Part shown: positions 38,493 through 48,474 of the stretch, piece after piece
How the letters are laid out: every line of letters starts with the position of its first letter
Numbering within the stretch: the first letter of the stretch is position 1
NCBI GenBank assembly: GCA_963169345.1
Contig: CAUJCT010000006.1
Location: 22,819 to 86,818, forward strand
From: Bacteroidota bacterium
GTDB lineage: Bacteria; Bacteroidota; Bacteroidia; NS11-12g; UBA955
Length of the DNA: 64,000 bases
Reading direction: 5' to 3'
Notes under the pieces: model-generated
Databases searched by the model: none
Told to the model about the DNA's origin: nothing
Seen by the model: the letters and a program-made list of their open reading frames with translations, nothing else
Position numbers and translations under genes: made by a program

Positions 38493-41400
38493 ATGAAACG
38501 AAACAATAAAATATCGATAATTAAAGCCCATGCTAAGCAGTTTTTAATGGTAGTACTGGTCGCTTTTTCTGGCAATCTGTTTTCACAGTATTGCACATCC
38601 AATGCCACCAATGCTGCTGACGAAGACATCGCTCAGGTCATTTTGCAGGGAAATACTGTTTTACTGAATAATTTAACCAATACGTATGTTGGCACCAATT
38701 GTCAGTTGTATTCAGACTACACCAGTTTACCTGCGGCAGATTTAACCGCGGGTAGTTCGTATACGCTCAGAATTATATCTACATCATGTGGTACTACATA
38801 CTTCACACACCGTGCCCTGGCCTGGATTGATTATAACCGAAATAACAATTTCGAATCAGCTGAAGCGGTTGCTCCTACTGCTCAAACCTCAACAGCTACG
38901 CCGCATACGTTTACATACACGTTTACAGTACCTTGTAACATTCAAACCGGAACTACCCGAATGAGAGTTGTATTAATTGAAGGTACAGTAAATAATCCAG
39001 CCAGTTCATGTGGTACTTACACTTATGGTGAAACAGAAGACTACTCTATAAGTTTGGGTATCCCTAGTTCATTGGCTCCAAACTTTATTGCACCTAATTC
39101 TGCATGGGTTAAATCAGTTGTTAAATTTGTCAACAGCAACCAAACAGGCTACATATCACATGCCTGGGATGCCAACAATGATGGCAGTTACGAAACCAAC
39201 AACTCCGTTAATTTTAACTATACCTGGAATACAGGTGGTAACAAATGTGTTAAATTAAAAAGTTCCAATTGCCTGGGCTCCGATAGCATCATTAAATGTT
39301 TAAATGTCAATGTACCTACAGCAGTTCCTGTTGCTAACTTCGTTGCAAATAAAAGCGTAGTTGAACAATATCAGTCTGCCATACTGTACGACCTTTCTAC
39401 CAATGGCCCATATCAGTGGCTTTGGGATGTCTACGACTCCACAGATGTCAATGATGTGAAAGACATTGCATCTGGTGACGTAGTAGTAGACCCATGGAAT
39501 ACAGGAGCGGATGAAACAACTGCCACTCCTGAGTTTTCCTTTGAAAGACCTGGTTGTTACACCGTTGTTTTAACAAGTAAAAATGACGTTGGTTTCTCAA
39601 ATCCAATAGTTAAAAAATGTTATATTACAGTAATCAGCCCTACTCAATACTCGCTGGGTTTTGGTACGTACGGACCGAATTCTGACAATGTAGTAGAAAG
39701 TCCAACAGGTACTGTTTTCGATAATGGTGGACCTAACAGCAACTATGGCAATAATCAAGGTTTGGGTACTCGCTCATATTTACTGATTACCCCTTGTAAT
39801 GCGAAAAAAATTGAGTTGACCTTAACACAATTAAGATTCAACGGAATTGGGGACAAATTAAGAATCTGGGATGGTAAATCCCCGGGTGGTCCAAACACAA
39901 CTTTACTAGGTAACTTTACTGCCGGTTCCAAACCTGTTCAAAAATTAATAGCAACCAGTGGTAGCATGTATATCCTCTTCGAATCGGACAACACCGGAGT
40001 AGATTCAGGTTTTGCTGGCTCTTATATTTCTGAATTGGGTAATGCTGCTCCTCCGGTTCCAACTTACAGTCAAAGTTCCATACCTCTTTACAACTCCACT
40101 CCTGCCCTGTTCACCAATACGACTCAAAACACTTCTGGTGTACCTGCCTGGGAGTGGACCATAGATGGTGTGCCGGTTGCTACAAGTAAGGACTTAAATT
40201 ATACATTCTACACAGATGGTCAATACGATGTATGTCTTGAAATCAAGTCTTGTGTTGGAAACAATAAATCATGTCAGCCTGTGGATGTTATCACGCCAAA
40301 TACACAGGTTAAAATCGATGTTGCAGCAAGCAATCGCCGTCCTGATGTCAACACGGATGTAGTTATGTTATCACCTGTGACAGATGCCGCCAATCGCTTC
40401 GAATGGTCAATTTTCCCAACCACTTATGTGTTGGTTAATCCACCTGCCTCACCATCCAGTTACGGACCTGGTTTTATTCAATATAAATCAACTCCGGGAG
40501 ACAGTATGCCAAAACCGATTATCCGTTTCACTGCTCCGGGTTGCTATACCATAGCTTTAAAAGCTTTCAACAGTCTCGACCCAACCAATACAACCAAAAC
40601 AGTTGTTAAAAACAACTTTGTATGTGCTGTTGATTATTGCAATCCAACTTCTATCATACTGGCTTCTGATTTAGGCATAAACAATGTCACTATTATGGAT
40701 GGCAATAACGAACTGATGAGTAACAGTACAGGTTCAGGTATCAGTGGCTATACAGATTACAGCGAAAATATTGGCGCTGCACTAACCTTTGGTAAAACAT
40801 ATAATATCGAAGTATCGAGAAATACCAATACCGATCCGGCTAACAGAAAAGTATGGATTGACTGGAATATCGACGGAGATTTCGATGATCAGAATGAATT
40901 GGTATTCAGTGAAACCTCTACTTATAACAAGTCTGCAAGTTTCAATGTTTTGGTACCAAATATCAACAATTCATTTCCGGGAGTAACAACCATGAGAGTA
41001 GGCATTAATTTTGACAATGATGTCCTTTCTTCATGCGGACCAGCTCTTGCCGGTGAATTTGAAGATTACAGAATCACTTTATATAACGACCAAATAAGAC
41101 CAGTATTGACCTTAATAGGCAATGATACTGTTTATATGGAAGTAAACGGTACTTATGTCGACGATGGTGCTACTGCTTATGATGCTTCTGAAGGAGATAT
41201 CAGCAACCTGATTGAATCAGCAAGCGATCTGGATGTTGCTGTTACAGGCATCTATACCAGAGAATACAATGTAACAGACAACTCAGGCAATCCAGCCGAG
41301 CCTGTCACCCGTTATATCATAGTTGTTAACGATATCACTCCTCCTACACTGACCTTAAATCCATCTGCACCTGGATGTATTGAAGCCCGCAGAGACAATG

Positions 41401-42590
41401 CTCCTTATGTTGACCCTGGAGCTGTTGCTTTTAACACCAATCCTTTTGTCAATCTAAACTCTGCTATAAGAGTGAGTGGAACTGTTGATACCAGAAAAGT
41501 GGGCACTTATCAGCTTGTTTACACTGTCAGAGACTTTGCCGGTAATGTTACTACAGCTACAAGAAATGTTTGTGTTGAAGACAAAACTGCTCCAGAAATA
41601 GTAGTACCAAATGATACTTTAATTCAAATAGGAAGCGTTTGGATCAATCAGGTAAGTGCAGAAGATGCCTATGATGAAAATCCAGTACTTACCCGCGAAT
41701 GGTCACCAGAAATCGTCAACACTACAGTTAAAGGTTATTATATTGCAACTTATGTAGCCAAAGATCAGTTTGGCAATACCTCAGCTCCAAGAGTGGTTAC
41801 TTACAGAGTGGATGATTATATAGCACCGGTCATTACTTTAAATACGCCTGACATTGTTTACCATGATGTCACAACTCCTTACAACTCTATTAATGCAAGC
41901 GTAAGCGACAATTATTATGGAACAGGTAATTTGTCAGTAACCAGAATATCCAGCAATGTCAATGCAAACGTTTTAGGCACATATACTGAAGTCTACAAAG
42001 CGGTAGATGGTTCTAACAACGTATCATTTAAAACAAGGACAGTTGAAGTTGTCGACAGACAGGCTCCTGTACTTTGGGGTGGTTCCATTTACGGATGTGT
42101 AGGCGAAAATATATGGCCATATTGGGAGTTAACCACTACCGATAATTACTATGGTCCTGAGCAATTATTACCTAGAGTTGAAATCATTTCTCAGAATGTG
42201 AATCCACAAGAAGAAGGCATTTATTACATCACTTATAAGGTAATAGATCCATCAGGCAATACTTCACAACCATTAACAAGACAAGTGATTTACACTTACT
42301 GGCCTAAGTGTTTCAACAGCACAGTCAGTGTAAACGACATTGACTTATCTTCTAGCATTAAATGTTATCCAAATCCAAGTCAGGGAACATTTAAAATTGA
42401 TTTCCAGGGCAGAACAGTACAGCATGCCGAAATCAAAGTAATGGATGCATTAGGCAAAGTAGTATACACTACAGTAATAGATGGCGTTAGCGAACACAGC
42501 ATACAATTGGACAATGCCAGTCCGGGTGTATACAGTGTACAGATAATAGTTGACGGCACAGTAGTGAACAGCAGAATAGTGATACAATAA
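38493..42590 (+). CDS. Giant secreted T9SS cargo protein (1365 aa) with two GEVED domains, PKD-like domains, multiple Ig-like (DxTPP/DxTAP) repeats and a C-terminal Por_Secre_tail
   Basis: GETEDYSISL and GEFEDYRITL (GEVED). Ig-like repeats (…NDITPPTLTLNP…, …DKTAPEIVVPND…, …DYIAPVITLNTP…, …DRQAPVLWGG…). C-terminus …KCYPNPSQGTFKI…PGVYSVQIIVDGTVVNSRIVIQ. Confidence 0.85.
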   Translation: MKRNNKISIIKAHAKQFLMVVLVAFSGNLFSQYCTSNATNAADEDIAQVILQGNTVLLNNLTNTYVGTNCQLYSDYTSLPAADLTAGSSYTLRIISTSCGTTYFTHRALAWIDYNRNNNFESAEAVAPTAQTSTATPHTFTYTFTVPCNIQTGTTRMRVVLIEGTVNNPASSCGTYTYGETEDYSISLGIPSSLAPNFIAPNSAWVKSVVKFVNSNQTGYISHAWDANNDGSYETNNSVNFNYTWNTGGNKCVKLKSSNCLGSDSIIKCLNVNVPTAVPVANFVANKSVVEQYQSAILYDLSTNGPYQWLWDVYDSTDVNDVKDIASGDVVVDPWNTGADETTATPEFSFERPGCYTVVLTSKNDVGFSNPIVKKCYITVISPTQYSLGFGTYGPNSDNVVESPTGTVFDNGGPNSNYGNNQGLGTRSYLLITPCNAKKIELTLTQLRFNGIGDKLRIWDGKSPGGPNTTLLGNFTAGSKPVQKLIATSGSMYILFESDNTGVDSGFAGSYISELGNAAPPVPTYSQSSIPLYNSTPALFTNTTQNTSGVPAWEWTIDGVPVATSKDLNYTFYTDGQYDVCLEIKSCVGNNKSCQPVDVITPNTQVKIDVAASNRRPDVNTDVVMLSPVTDAANRFEWSIFPTTYVLVNPPASPSSYGPGFIQYKSTPGDSMPKPIIRFTAPGCYTIALKAFNSLDPTNTTKTVVKNNFVCAVDYCNPTSIILASDLGINNVTIMDGNNELMSNSTGSGISGYTDYSENIGAALTFGKTYNIEVSRNTNTDPANRKVWIDWNIDGDFDDQNELVFSETSTYNKSASFNVLVPNINNSFPGVTTMRVGINFDNDVLSSCGPALAGEFEDYRITLYNDQIRPVLTLIGNDTVYMEVNGTYVDDGATAYDASEGDISNLIESASDLDVAVTGIYTREYNVTDNSGNPAEPVTRYIIVVNDITPPTLTLNPSAPGCIEARRDNAPYVDPGAVAFNTNPFVNLNSAIRVSGTVDTRKVGTYQLVYTVRDFAGNVTTATRNVCVEDKTAPEIVVPNDTLIQIGSVWINQVSAEDAYDENPVLTREWSPEIVNTTVKGYYIATYVAKDQFGNTSAPRVVTYRVDDYIAPVITLNTPDIVYHDVTTPYNSINASVSDNYYGTGNLSVTRISSNVNANVLGTYTEVYKAVDGSNNVSFKTRTVEVVDRQAPVLWGGSIYGCVGENIWPYWELTTTDNYYGPEQLLPRVEIISQNVNPQEEGIYYITYKVIDPSGNTSQPLTRQVIYTYWPKCFNSTVSVNDIDLSSSIKCYPNPSQGTFKIDFQGRTVQHAEIKVMDALGKVVYTTVIDGVSEHSIQLDNASPGVYSVQIIVDGTVVNSRIVIQ

Positions 42591-42605
42591 TTCAATTAAA
42601 TTGGT

Positions 42606-42640
42606 TAAAAAAGCGCGGTTGAAAGACCGCGCTTTTTTTG
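42606..42640 (+). terminator. Rho-independent terminator after the two-gene T9SS cargo operon
   Basis: A6-GCGCGGT-TGAAAG-ACCGCGC-T7. Confidence 0.8.
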
Positions 42641-42940
42641 TGATTAAAAGAATATTTAACAACAACTGGCTTACCTTTCTCTTATTAAAACGGGTATAAA
42701 TAAAACCAAACAAAATTGAATTTAATAGTAGTTCGACTTACACAATGTATACTCCATTTTTTTCAACCTCAAAGTTCTTTTAGTACGATTTTGAAATTAT
42801 ATTTTGATGCCTTGACCAAGAAATAAATTCGAATTTACTCTTTAAGAATCCTTTTAAGATTAATTTTCTCAACCATTATAATCACACAATTATGACGTAT
42901 TTAACTGATATTTAACACCATGTGCATTTTAATTTATAGC

Positions 42941-42977
42941 TTGCAAATAATATAAGCAAAATTGCTTATATTTGTAG
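42941..42977 (+). promoter_or_regulatory. Promoter/operator of the HigA-like/AbiEii operon: inverted repeat TTGCAAATAATATAAGCAA / TTGCTTATATTTGTA overlapping a TATATTTG -7 element
   Basis: TAnnTTTG at 42967-42974, 5 nt before the ATG at 42979. Imperfect palindrome read from the sequence. Confidence 0.45.
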
Positions 42978-42978
42978 T

Positions 42979-43473
42979 ATGAATATACTTTTTCAAAAAT
43001 ATAAAGGAATACATCCAGGCAAAATTATTGAGAGAGAATTGAAAAAGCGCTCTATCAAACAAAGGCCATTTGCACTTTCATTGAACGAGCACCCTCAAAC
43101 TTTCAATGCGATAACAAAGGGTAAAAGAGGTATCAGCACTTCATTAGCTCTGAAAATAGAAAAAGAGTTTCAATTAGAGGAAGGAACACTAGCGATATTA
43201 CAGACATATTATGATATTCAAAAAATCAAGGAAAAGGAAAAACAGGCTACCCCCAATCTAGCTATTCTTAATAAGTCATTATTTTGGGATACGGATATAA
43301 ATCGTATAGATTGGATACGTCAATACCGAGCGGTTATTCAACGCATTTTTGAACGTGGTAGTGAACAGGAAAAGAATGAGATAACCCGTTTTTATGGTGC
43401 TGAAAAAATAAAAAAGGCATTGATGGAGTCAATCAAGCGAAGTGCTTATACAATTTATAATCTGAATAAGTAA
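42979..43473 (+). CDS. HigA-family HTH (XRE) antitoxin-like protein with a C-terminal extension of about 70 aa
   Basis: IHPGKIIERELKKRSIKQRPFALSLNE…ITKGKRGISTSLALKIEKEFQLEEGTLAILQTYYDI matches the HigA pattern HPGEIL…GxS…LA…GKRxIT…AL+L…W.NLQ..YDL. Confidence 0.75.
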   Translation: MNILFQKYKGIHPGKIIERELKKRSIKQRPFALSLNEHPQTFNAITKGKRGISTSLALKIEKEFQLEEGTLAILQTYYDIQKIKEKEKQATPNLAILNKSLFWDTDINRIDWIRQYRAVIQRIFERGSEQEKNEITRFYGAEKIKKALMESIKRSAYTIYNLNK

Positions 43474-43483
43474 GTCAGGCAGA

Positions 43484-44137
43484 ATGCTCCACTATAACAC
43501 TTTAAACGAAAATTTAAAAACTGCTTTGGACATTTTGATGAAATCGCCGGTATTCAATCAATTCAGATTGGTTGGAGGAACAGCATTAAGTCTTCAAAAA
43601 GGACATCGCATATCCATTGATATTGATTTATTTAGTGATGCTCCTTATGGGGATATCGATTTTGAAGCTATCGACCGGTTTATTGAAGTTTCGTTTCCTT
43701 ATTGCCATCATACTGCTGACCTTAGTCCGACTATAGGAAAATCATATATTGTTGGAAACAGAAAAGATGAAACAATTAAATTAGATATATACTATACCGA
43801 CACTTTCATATACGCTCCTTTTGTTGAGGACAATTTACGCATGGCTACAATAGAAGAAATTATTGCAATGAAATTAGATGTAGTGCAGAGGGGTGGACGT
43901 AAAAAAGATTACTGGGATTTACACATGCTTATAAAAGATTATTCTATAGAATCCATGCTGGGTTTACATGAAATGCGATATCCATATTCACACGATCAAA
44001 AGCTAATTCTTAAAAATCTAACAGACTTTAGAATGGCGGATGATGATTTTGATCCAATCTGTTTATTGGGTAATACCTGGGAATTTATTAAGGAGGATAT
44101 TATTGATGCCGTTGAAAGGTATCAGTTGCCAAATTAA
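43484..44137 (+). CDS. AbiEii/DUF1814-type nucleotidyltransferase (type IV toxin-like / abortive infection family)
   Basis: Motif LVGGTALSLQKGHRISIDIDLF, which matches the GGTAL…R.S.D[IL]D[LF] nucleotidyltransferase signature of AbiEii toxins. 10-nt gap from the upstream HTH gene. Confidence 0.65.
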   Translation: MLHYNTLNENLKTALDILMKSPVFNQFRLVGGTALSLQKGHRISIDIDLFSDAPYGDIDFEAIDRFIEVSFPYCHHTADLSPTIGKSYIVGNRKDETIKLDIYYTDTFIYAPFVEDNLRMATIEEIIAMKLDVVQRGGRKKDYWDLHMLIKDYSIESMLGLHEMRYPYSHDQKLILKNLTDFRMADDDFDPICLLGNTWEFIKEDIIDAVERYQLPN

Positions 44138-44243
44138 AAATGCTACTAATAGTTGAACTACTTAAAGTTGAAATGATCTTATACTAACTGCCCCGTAGTA
44201 GAGATTCCGCTGCGCTTCATCACACTACGGGGCACACGAAAAT

Positions 44244-44270
44244 AAAAAAACCGCCTTAAGGGCGGTTTTA
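44244..44270. terminator. Bidirectional rho-independent terminator (downstream of tRNA-Arg on the minus strand and of the AbiEii gene on the plus strand)
   Basis: A7-CCGCC-TTAAG-GGCGG-T4. Confidence 0.7.
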
Positions 44271-44277
44271 ATTTTCG

Positions 44278-44351
44278 TGGACCCGAAGGGAGTCGAACCC
44301 CCAACCTTCTGATCCGTAGTCAGATGCTCTATCCAATTAAGCTACGGGTCC
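44278..44351 (-). tRNA. tRNA-Arg (anticodon ACG)
   Basis: Hand fold: acceptor GGACCCG/CGGGTCC, D-arm GCTT…GAGC, anticodon stem TCTGA/TCAGA, loop CTACGGA, T-loop TTCGACT, discriminator A. Confidence 0.8.
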
Positions 44352-44441
44352 TGCTGTCTCAAAAATGAGAGTGCAAAAGTACATAAAAAAAAATCCCTGA
44401 CAAACATTTGTCAGGGATTTTTAAGATTCTTTATCGTCTTA

Positions 44442-45737
44442 TTATTCGATTGTCAGTTTTGATACTGTGTTTACACCATCAGCTTTAACACTGATAACAT
44501 AAATACCTTTGCTCAAACCGTCAACGTTAACGTTGATTTCGTTTGAACCGTTTACCAACTGAACATCGATGGTTTTTACAACTTTACCAGTAACATCTGT
44601 GATAGTTACTACAGCTGAAGTTGAAATTTCTGAATTCATTTCAACTACAACATCTCCACCATTTGTTGGATTAGGATAAATGTTGCTGATTGTAGCACTG
44701 CTTACTGTGTTTACTGAAACGTTAGGGCTGCTTACCAGGAACTCAATGTATGGGAACAGGTTTACAGACTGATAAAACGCTGGGAAGTAGTAATCGATAC
44801 CACTGGTCAACTGATAACGTTGAGTTGGCTCAGCTACGATACCGTGGTTGTAGATTCTGTTACCACTTGCTACAGTTGGGATAGTAGTACTTTCCTGGAA
44901 CTGTGAAGGATCATAGTAACCTAATAATCTAACAATATTGGTTCTGGTACTGTCTACAACACCTGTAACAAAGTTACAAACTGTATCGAATGGAGCAGCG
45001 TGGTTGTAACCTTTGTAACCCGGTAAGAAAGTGATAGTAGCACCGAAGTAGTTAGCACCTGTGTTGGCACCGTTTACAGTTTTGTTAACTGCAAGGATTC
45101 TCTCTTGTGCAAGATAAGAAGTATCATCTTTAGTTAAAAGAATAACCTGAGTTTGTGCGTTGGTACCTGTAGCAGTAAATCTGTTCAAAGTGTAATCAAC
45201 AGCACCAGCATAAATGTTGGTCCATGTTCTTCTTACACTGGTTCTGTCAAATGTAGTCACTACAATAGTATCTACTATACTTGCATCAGCATTAAAACGT
45301 CTGTAGAAGAAAGTAAATTTCATTGAGTCTACAGTGTAGTTAGACCATCTATCGGTTTTGAAAGGGGCACCATCGTAAATAGCACTTCTTGGGTCGAATA
45401 CCAAACCAACTGAGTTGATGTTGTTATCGTAAGTAACGTCTCCGCCTGAACTGGAGTAAGTGAATAATGCATTGGTATCAGGGAACAAAGTAGTATAACT
45501 GTATCCTGAAGTAGCACCACCATTGAAAGATCTTACTGACTCGGCTGGAGTAAACCACTCTGGACCAGCAGCAGTTCTTTTTGAATTTTGAGTACCTGAT
45601 TTCTGTTGAACCGGTACATTTTCATTGTTAACGACTTGCTTTGGGGCCGCTTTCTTTTTTGGAGCTGGCAATTGTGCGTGCAATACCATTCCTCCACTCA
45701 AGAATAACGCCGTAGCAACTGTAAGTAATTTTTTCAT
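44442..45737 (-). CDS. Secreted T9SS cargo protein (431 aa), function unknown
   Basis: Signal peptide MKKLLTVATALFLSGGMVLHAQ. C-terminal Por_Secre_tail …IYPNPTNGGDVVVEM…KGIYVISVKADGVNTVSKLTIE. Confidence 0.75.
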   Translation of the reverse strand: MKKLLTVATALFLSGGMVLHAQLPAPKKKAAPKQVVNNENVPVQQKSGTQNSKRTAAGPEWFTPAESVRSFNGGATSGYSYTTLFPDTNALFTYSSSGGDVTYDNNINSVGLVFDPRSAIYDGAPFKTDRWSNYTVDSMKFTFFYRRFNADASIVDTIVVTTFDRTSVRRTWTNIYAGAVDYTLNRFTATGTNAQTQVILLTKDDTSYLAQERILAVNKTVNGANTGANYFGATITFLPGYKGYNHAAPFDTVCNFVTGVVDSTRTNIVRLLGYYDPSQFQESTTIPTVASGNRIYNHGIVAEPTQRYQLTSGIDYYFPAFYQSVNLFPYIEFLVSSPNVSVNTVSSATISNIYPNPTNGGDVVVEMNSEISTSAVVTITDVTGKVVKTIDVQLVNGSNEINVNVDGLSKGIYVISVKADGVNTVSKLTIE

Positions 45738-46126
45738 AATGATTTGTAAAAAATATATATTCTGATAAATTTAGACGTCAAAATTAGTGACAACGCTGCA
45801 ATGAAAACAAAAAAAGTAATGAAAAAATATCAACGAGAGCTACTCGGCTGATTTAAAGCTACTTAAACAGGCATATTTATCCTATATTATTATCACTTCT
45901 CTCTATATCTGCCCGATTTTGTCTCAAATTGAACAGATTATTCTCTAAATAAGTCTGTATTAAAAATCATCCGAACGAAGCGTTATTTGGTCCGCTATGT
46001 ACCATTAATTTTAACCCAAACCCTAAATAAATAAAACTTTAATCGTGTCAATTTTTCCTCTTAATCTCAATAATTAAAACGAATTGCTTTATCCAAACTG
46101 AAATGCTGAATCTTATCCATGCTTTA

Positions 46127-46816
46127 TTAAATATCGCCCAAAACGGGTCTGATCAATATTTCTTCAAGTACACAATTGTCCCTGTTAGTCCAGGCCAGAT
46201 AGATTGTCTCCGCTATTGAAGCCGGTTTTATAAATCTTGAATCGGGCAAATCGGTTCCGTCCCAGCTCTCTGTCTTGGTTGCTCCAGGTAAAATAGCACT
46301 TACACTGACCCCCTTCCCTGTCAATTCTTTTCTTAACACTCTCGAAAAACCTAATAAAGCGTGTTTGCTGATACAATAAGATCCGCCGTTGATATAAGGC
46401 ATAATACTGGCTGTTGAACAAATATTGAAAATGTAAGCATTTCGATTGTACATGGCAGGCAGTAAAGCTCTGGTTGTATGGTAGGCTGCAGCTAAATTCA
46501 ATGACATCATCAACTCGAATACGCCATCCTCCTCTTCCTGTATTTGTCCGGGAATAAATGTACCGGCGTTATTCACCAAAATATCTATCTGCGGGAAGTC
46601 CGTTAATAATGAGTTCGCTAAATTCTGAATGTCCGTTTTAGATGTTAAATCAGCAAATTTCTGAATCAGCATTTCGCCGTATTTCTTTTTTAACTCAGCT
46701 GCATCACCTTCTGTTCTTGATATTGTAATGACTTTATATCCCTGACTTAAAAATTTTTCGGTGATGGCCAAACCAATGCCCTTAGAACCACCAGTAACTA
46801 TAACCAATCCTTGCAT
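46127..46816 (-). CDS. SDR-family short-chain dehydrogenase/reductase
   Basis: TGGSKGIG Rossmann motif. NNAG. Catalytic YxxxK (YCISK). Confidence 0.85.
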   Translation of the reverse strand: MQGLVIVTGGSKGIGLAITEKFLSQGYKVITISRTEGDAAELKKKYGEMLIQKFADLTSKTDIQNLANSLLTDFPQIDILVNNAGTFIPGQIQEEEDGVFELMMSLNLAAAYHTTRALLPAMYNRNAYIFNICSTASIMPYINGGSYCISKHALLGFSRVLRKELTGKGVSVSAILPGATKTESWDGTDLPDSRFIKPASIAETIYLAWTNRDNCVLEEILIRPVLGDI

Positions 46817-46990
46817 GTTTCAAACTTACGTCAACTTGAAGTGAATATCCAAAGAAAGTCTGTATTTATTGTTCTAATGGTTACAAAATCGACTGTACAT
46901 CATACAGAATACTTACAATTTGTTTTAAATCCATTTCATGAGACGACTTCTATTTGTAATTCATGTATCTTTACCGCGGATTTTTAAATC

Positions 46991-47734
46991 ATGAATCTTA
47001 GTTTTTTTTACTATTTCGGTCATTACCTGCTGTTTTTGAAAAGCATGCTGTCGAAGCCTGAAAAAACGCGCATATTTTTCAAAAGACTCTTAGAGGAAAT
47101 GTATAAGATTGGCATTGGTTCATTGCCCATCATAGCCATTACATCTTTATTTATCGGAGCAGTTACAACAGTTCAAACTGCCTATCAGTTGGTGAGTCCG
47201 CTCATACAAAAATCGGTTATAGGTACAATTGTTTCTGATTCCACTTTACTCGAATTAGGTCCAACAATTTCATGTCTGGTATTGTCCGGAAAAGTGGGAG
47301 CACACATTGCTTCCGAAATTGGCAATATGCGCATCAGTGAACAAATAGACGCACTGGATGTTATGGGTATCAATGCAGCAGCCTATCTGGCCATGCCTAA
47401 AATACTGGCTGGATTAATCATGATTCCCCTATTAAATATTATTGCTATCACTTTAAGTATTTACGGTGGTTATACTGCAGGTGAACTTTCAGGCATTTTG
47501 AAACACGAAGAATTTATTTCAGGAGCCCGAGAAACCTTCAAAGGGTTCACAGTTTTCTTCAGCACTGTAAAAGCTTTTACATTTGCCTTCATCATCACAT
47601 CTGTCAGCAGTTATCAGGGATTCTATACTACCGGGGGCGCATTAGGCGTAGGTGAATCAAGTACAAGAGCCGTTGTGTACAGTTCAGTTTTAGTCCTCTT
47701 ATTCGATTATATCTTAGCAGAAATTCTACTCTAA
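46991..47734 (+). CDS. mlaE: MlaE-family ABC transporter permease (phospholipid/toluene-tolerance type)
   Basis: MlaE-like block …IGIGSLPIIAITSLFIGAVTTVQTAYQL…. About five TM helices. Followed by an ATPase gene. Confidence 0.75.
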   Translation: MNLSFFYYFGHYLLFLKSMLSKPEKTRIFFKRLLEEMYKIGIGSLPIIAITSLFIGAVTTVQTAYQLVSPLIQKSVIGTIVSDSTLLELGPTISCLVLSGKVGAHIASEIGNMRISEQIDALDVMGINAAAYLAMPKILAGLIMIPLLNIIAITLSIYGGYTAGELSGILKHEEFISGARETFKGFTVFFSTVKAFTFAFIITSVSSYQGFYTTGGALGVGESSTRAVVYSSVLVLLFDYILAEILL

Positions 47735-47736
47735 AC

Positions 47737-48474
47737 ATGATTGAGCTTAAAAACATTAACAAGACTTTCGAAGACAGACAGGTGCTTTTCGATATCAATG
47801 CAACATTTCTGAGTGGAAAAAACAACCTGATAATTGGAGCCAGCGGTGGAGGTAAAAGTGTGCTAATGAAAAGCATGGTAGGTTTGGAAAAACCGGATAC
47901 CGGCTCTATATTGTTTGATAACAGGGACATCATGCACCTCGAAGATCAGGATTTACGGGATGTGAGAAGGGAAATAGGTATGTTGTTTCAGGGTACAGCT
48001 TTGTTCGACTCGCTAACTGTTGCTCAAAATGTAGCATTTCCTCTCGAAATGTTCAGCAAGATGTCGGCTTCAGAAATCAACGACAGAGTTAACTTTTGTC
48101 TTAAAAGAGTCAATCTTGAAAGTATCAATAACAAGTATCCTTCTGAAATCAGCGGTGGTATGAAAAAACGCGTGGGTATTGCTCGTGCTATAGCTCTTGA
48201 CATTAAATACCTTTTCTGCGATGAGCCTAACAGTGGACTCGACCCTATTACTTCTCGTTTGATTGATGCTTTGATTGATGAAATTACCAAAGAATATGGC
48301 ATTACCAATGTCATCAATTCACATGATATGAAAACAGTTTTCGATATCGGCGATCATATCATCTTTTTATACAAAGGTAAAAAATGGTGGGAAGGTAACA
48401 GAGATGAATTAAAGAATGCTCAAAACCATATCAAGGAACTGGATGATTTTATCAAAGCCAGTTATTTCGAATGA
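47737..48474 (+). CDS. mlaF: MlaF-like ABC transporter ATP-binding protein
   Basis: Walker A GASGGGKS, signature LSGGMKKRVGIARA, Walker B LFCDEP. Confidence 0.85.
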   Translation: MIELKNINKTFEDRQVLFDINATFLSGKNNLIIGASGGGKSVLMKSMVGLEKPDTGSILFDNRDIMHLEDQDLRDVRREIGMLFQGTALFDSLTVAQNVAFPLEMFSKMSASEINDRVNFCLKRVNLESINNKYPSEISGGMKKRVGIARAIALDIKYLFCDEPNSGLDPITSRLIDALIDEITKEYGITNVINSHDMKTVFDIGDHIIFLYKGKKWWEGNRDELKNAQNHIKELDDFIKASYFE

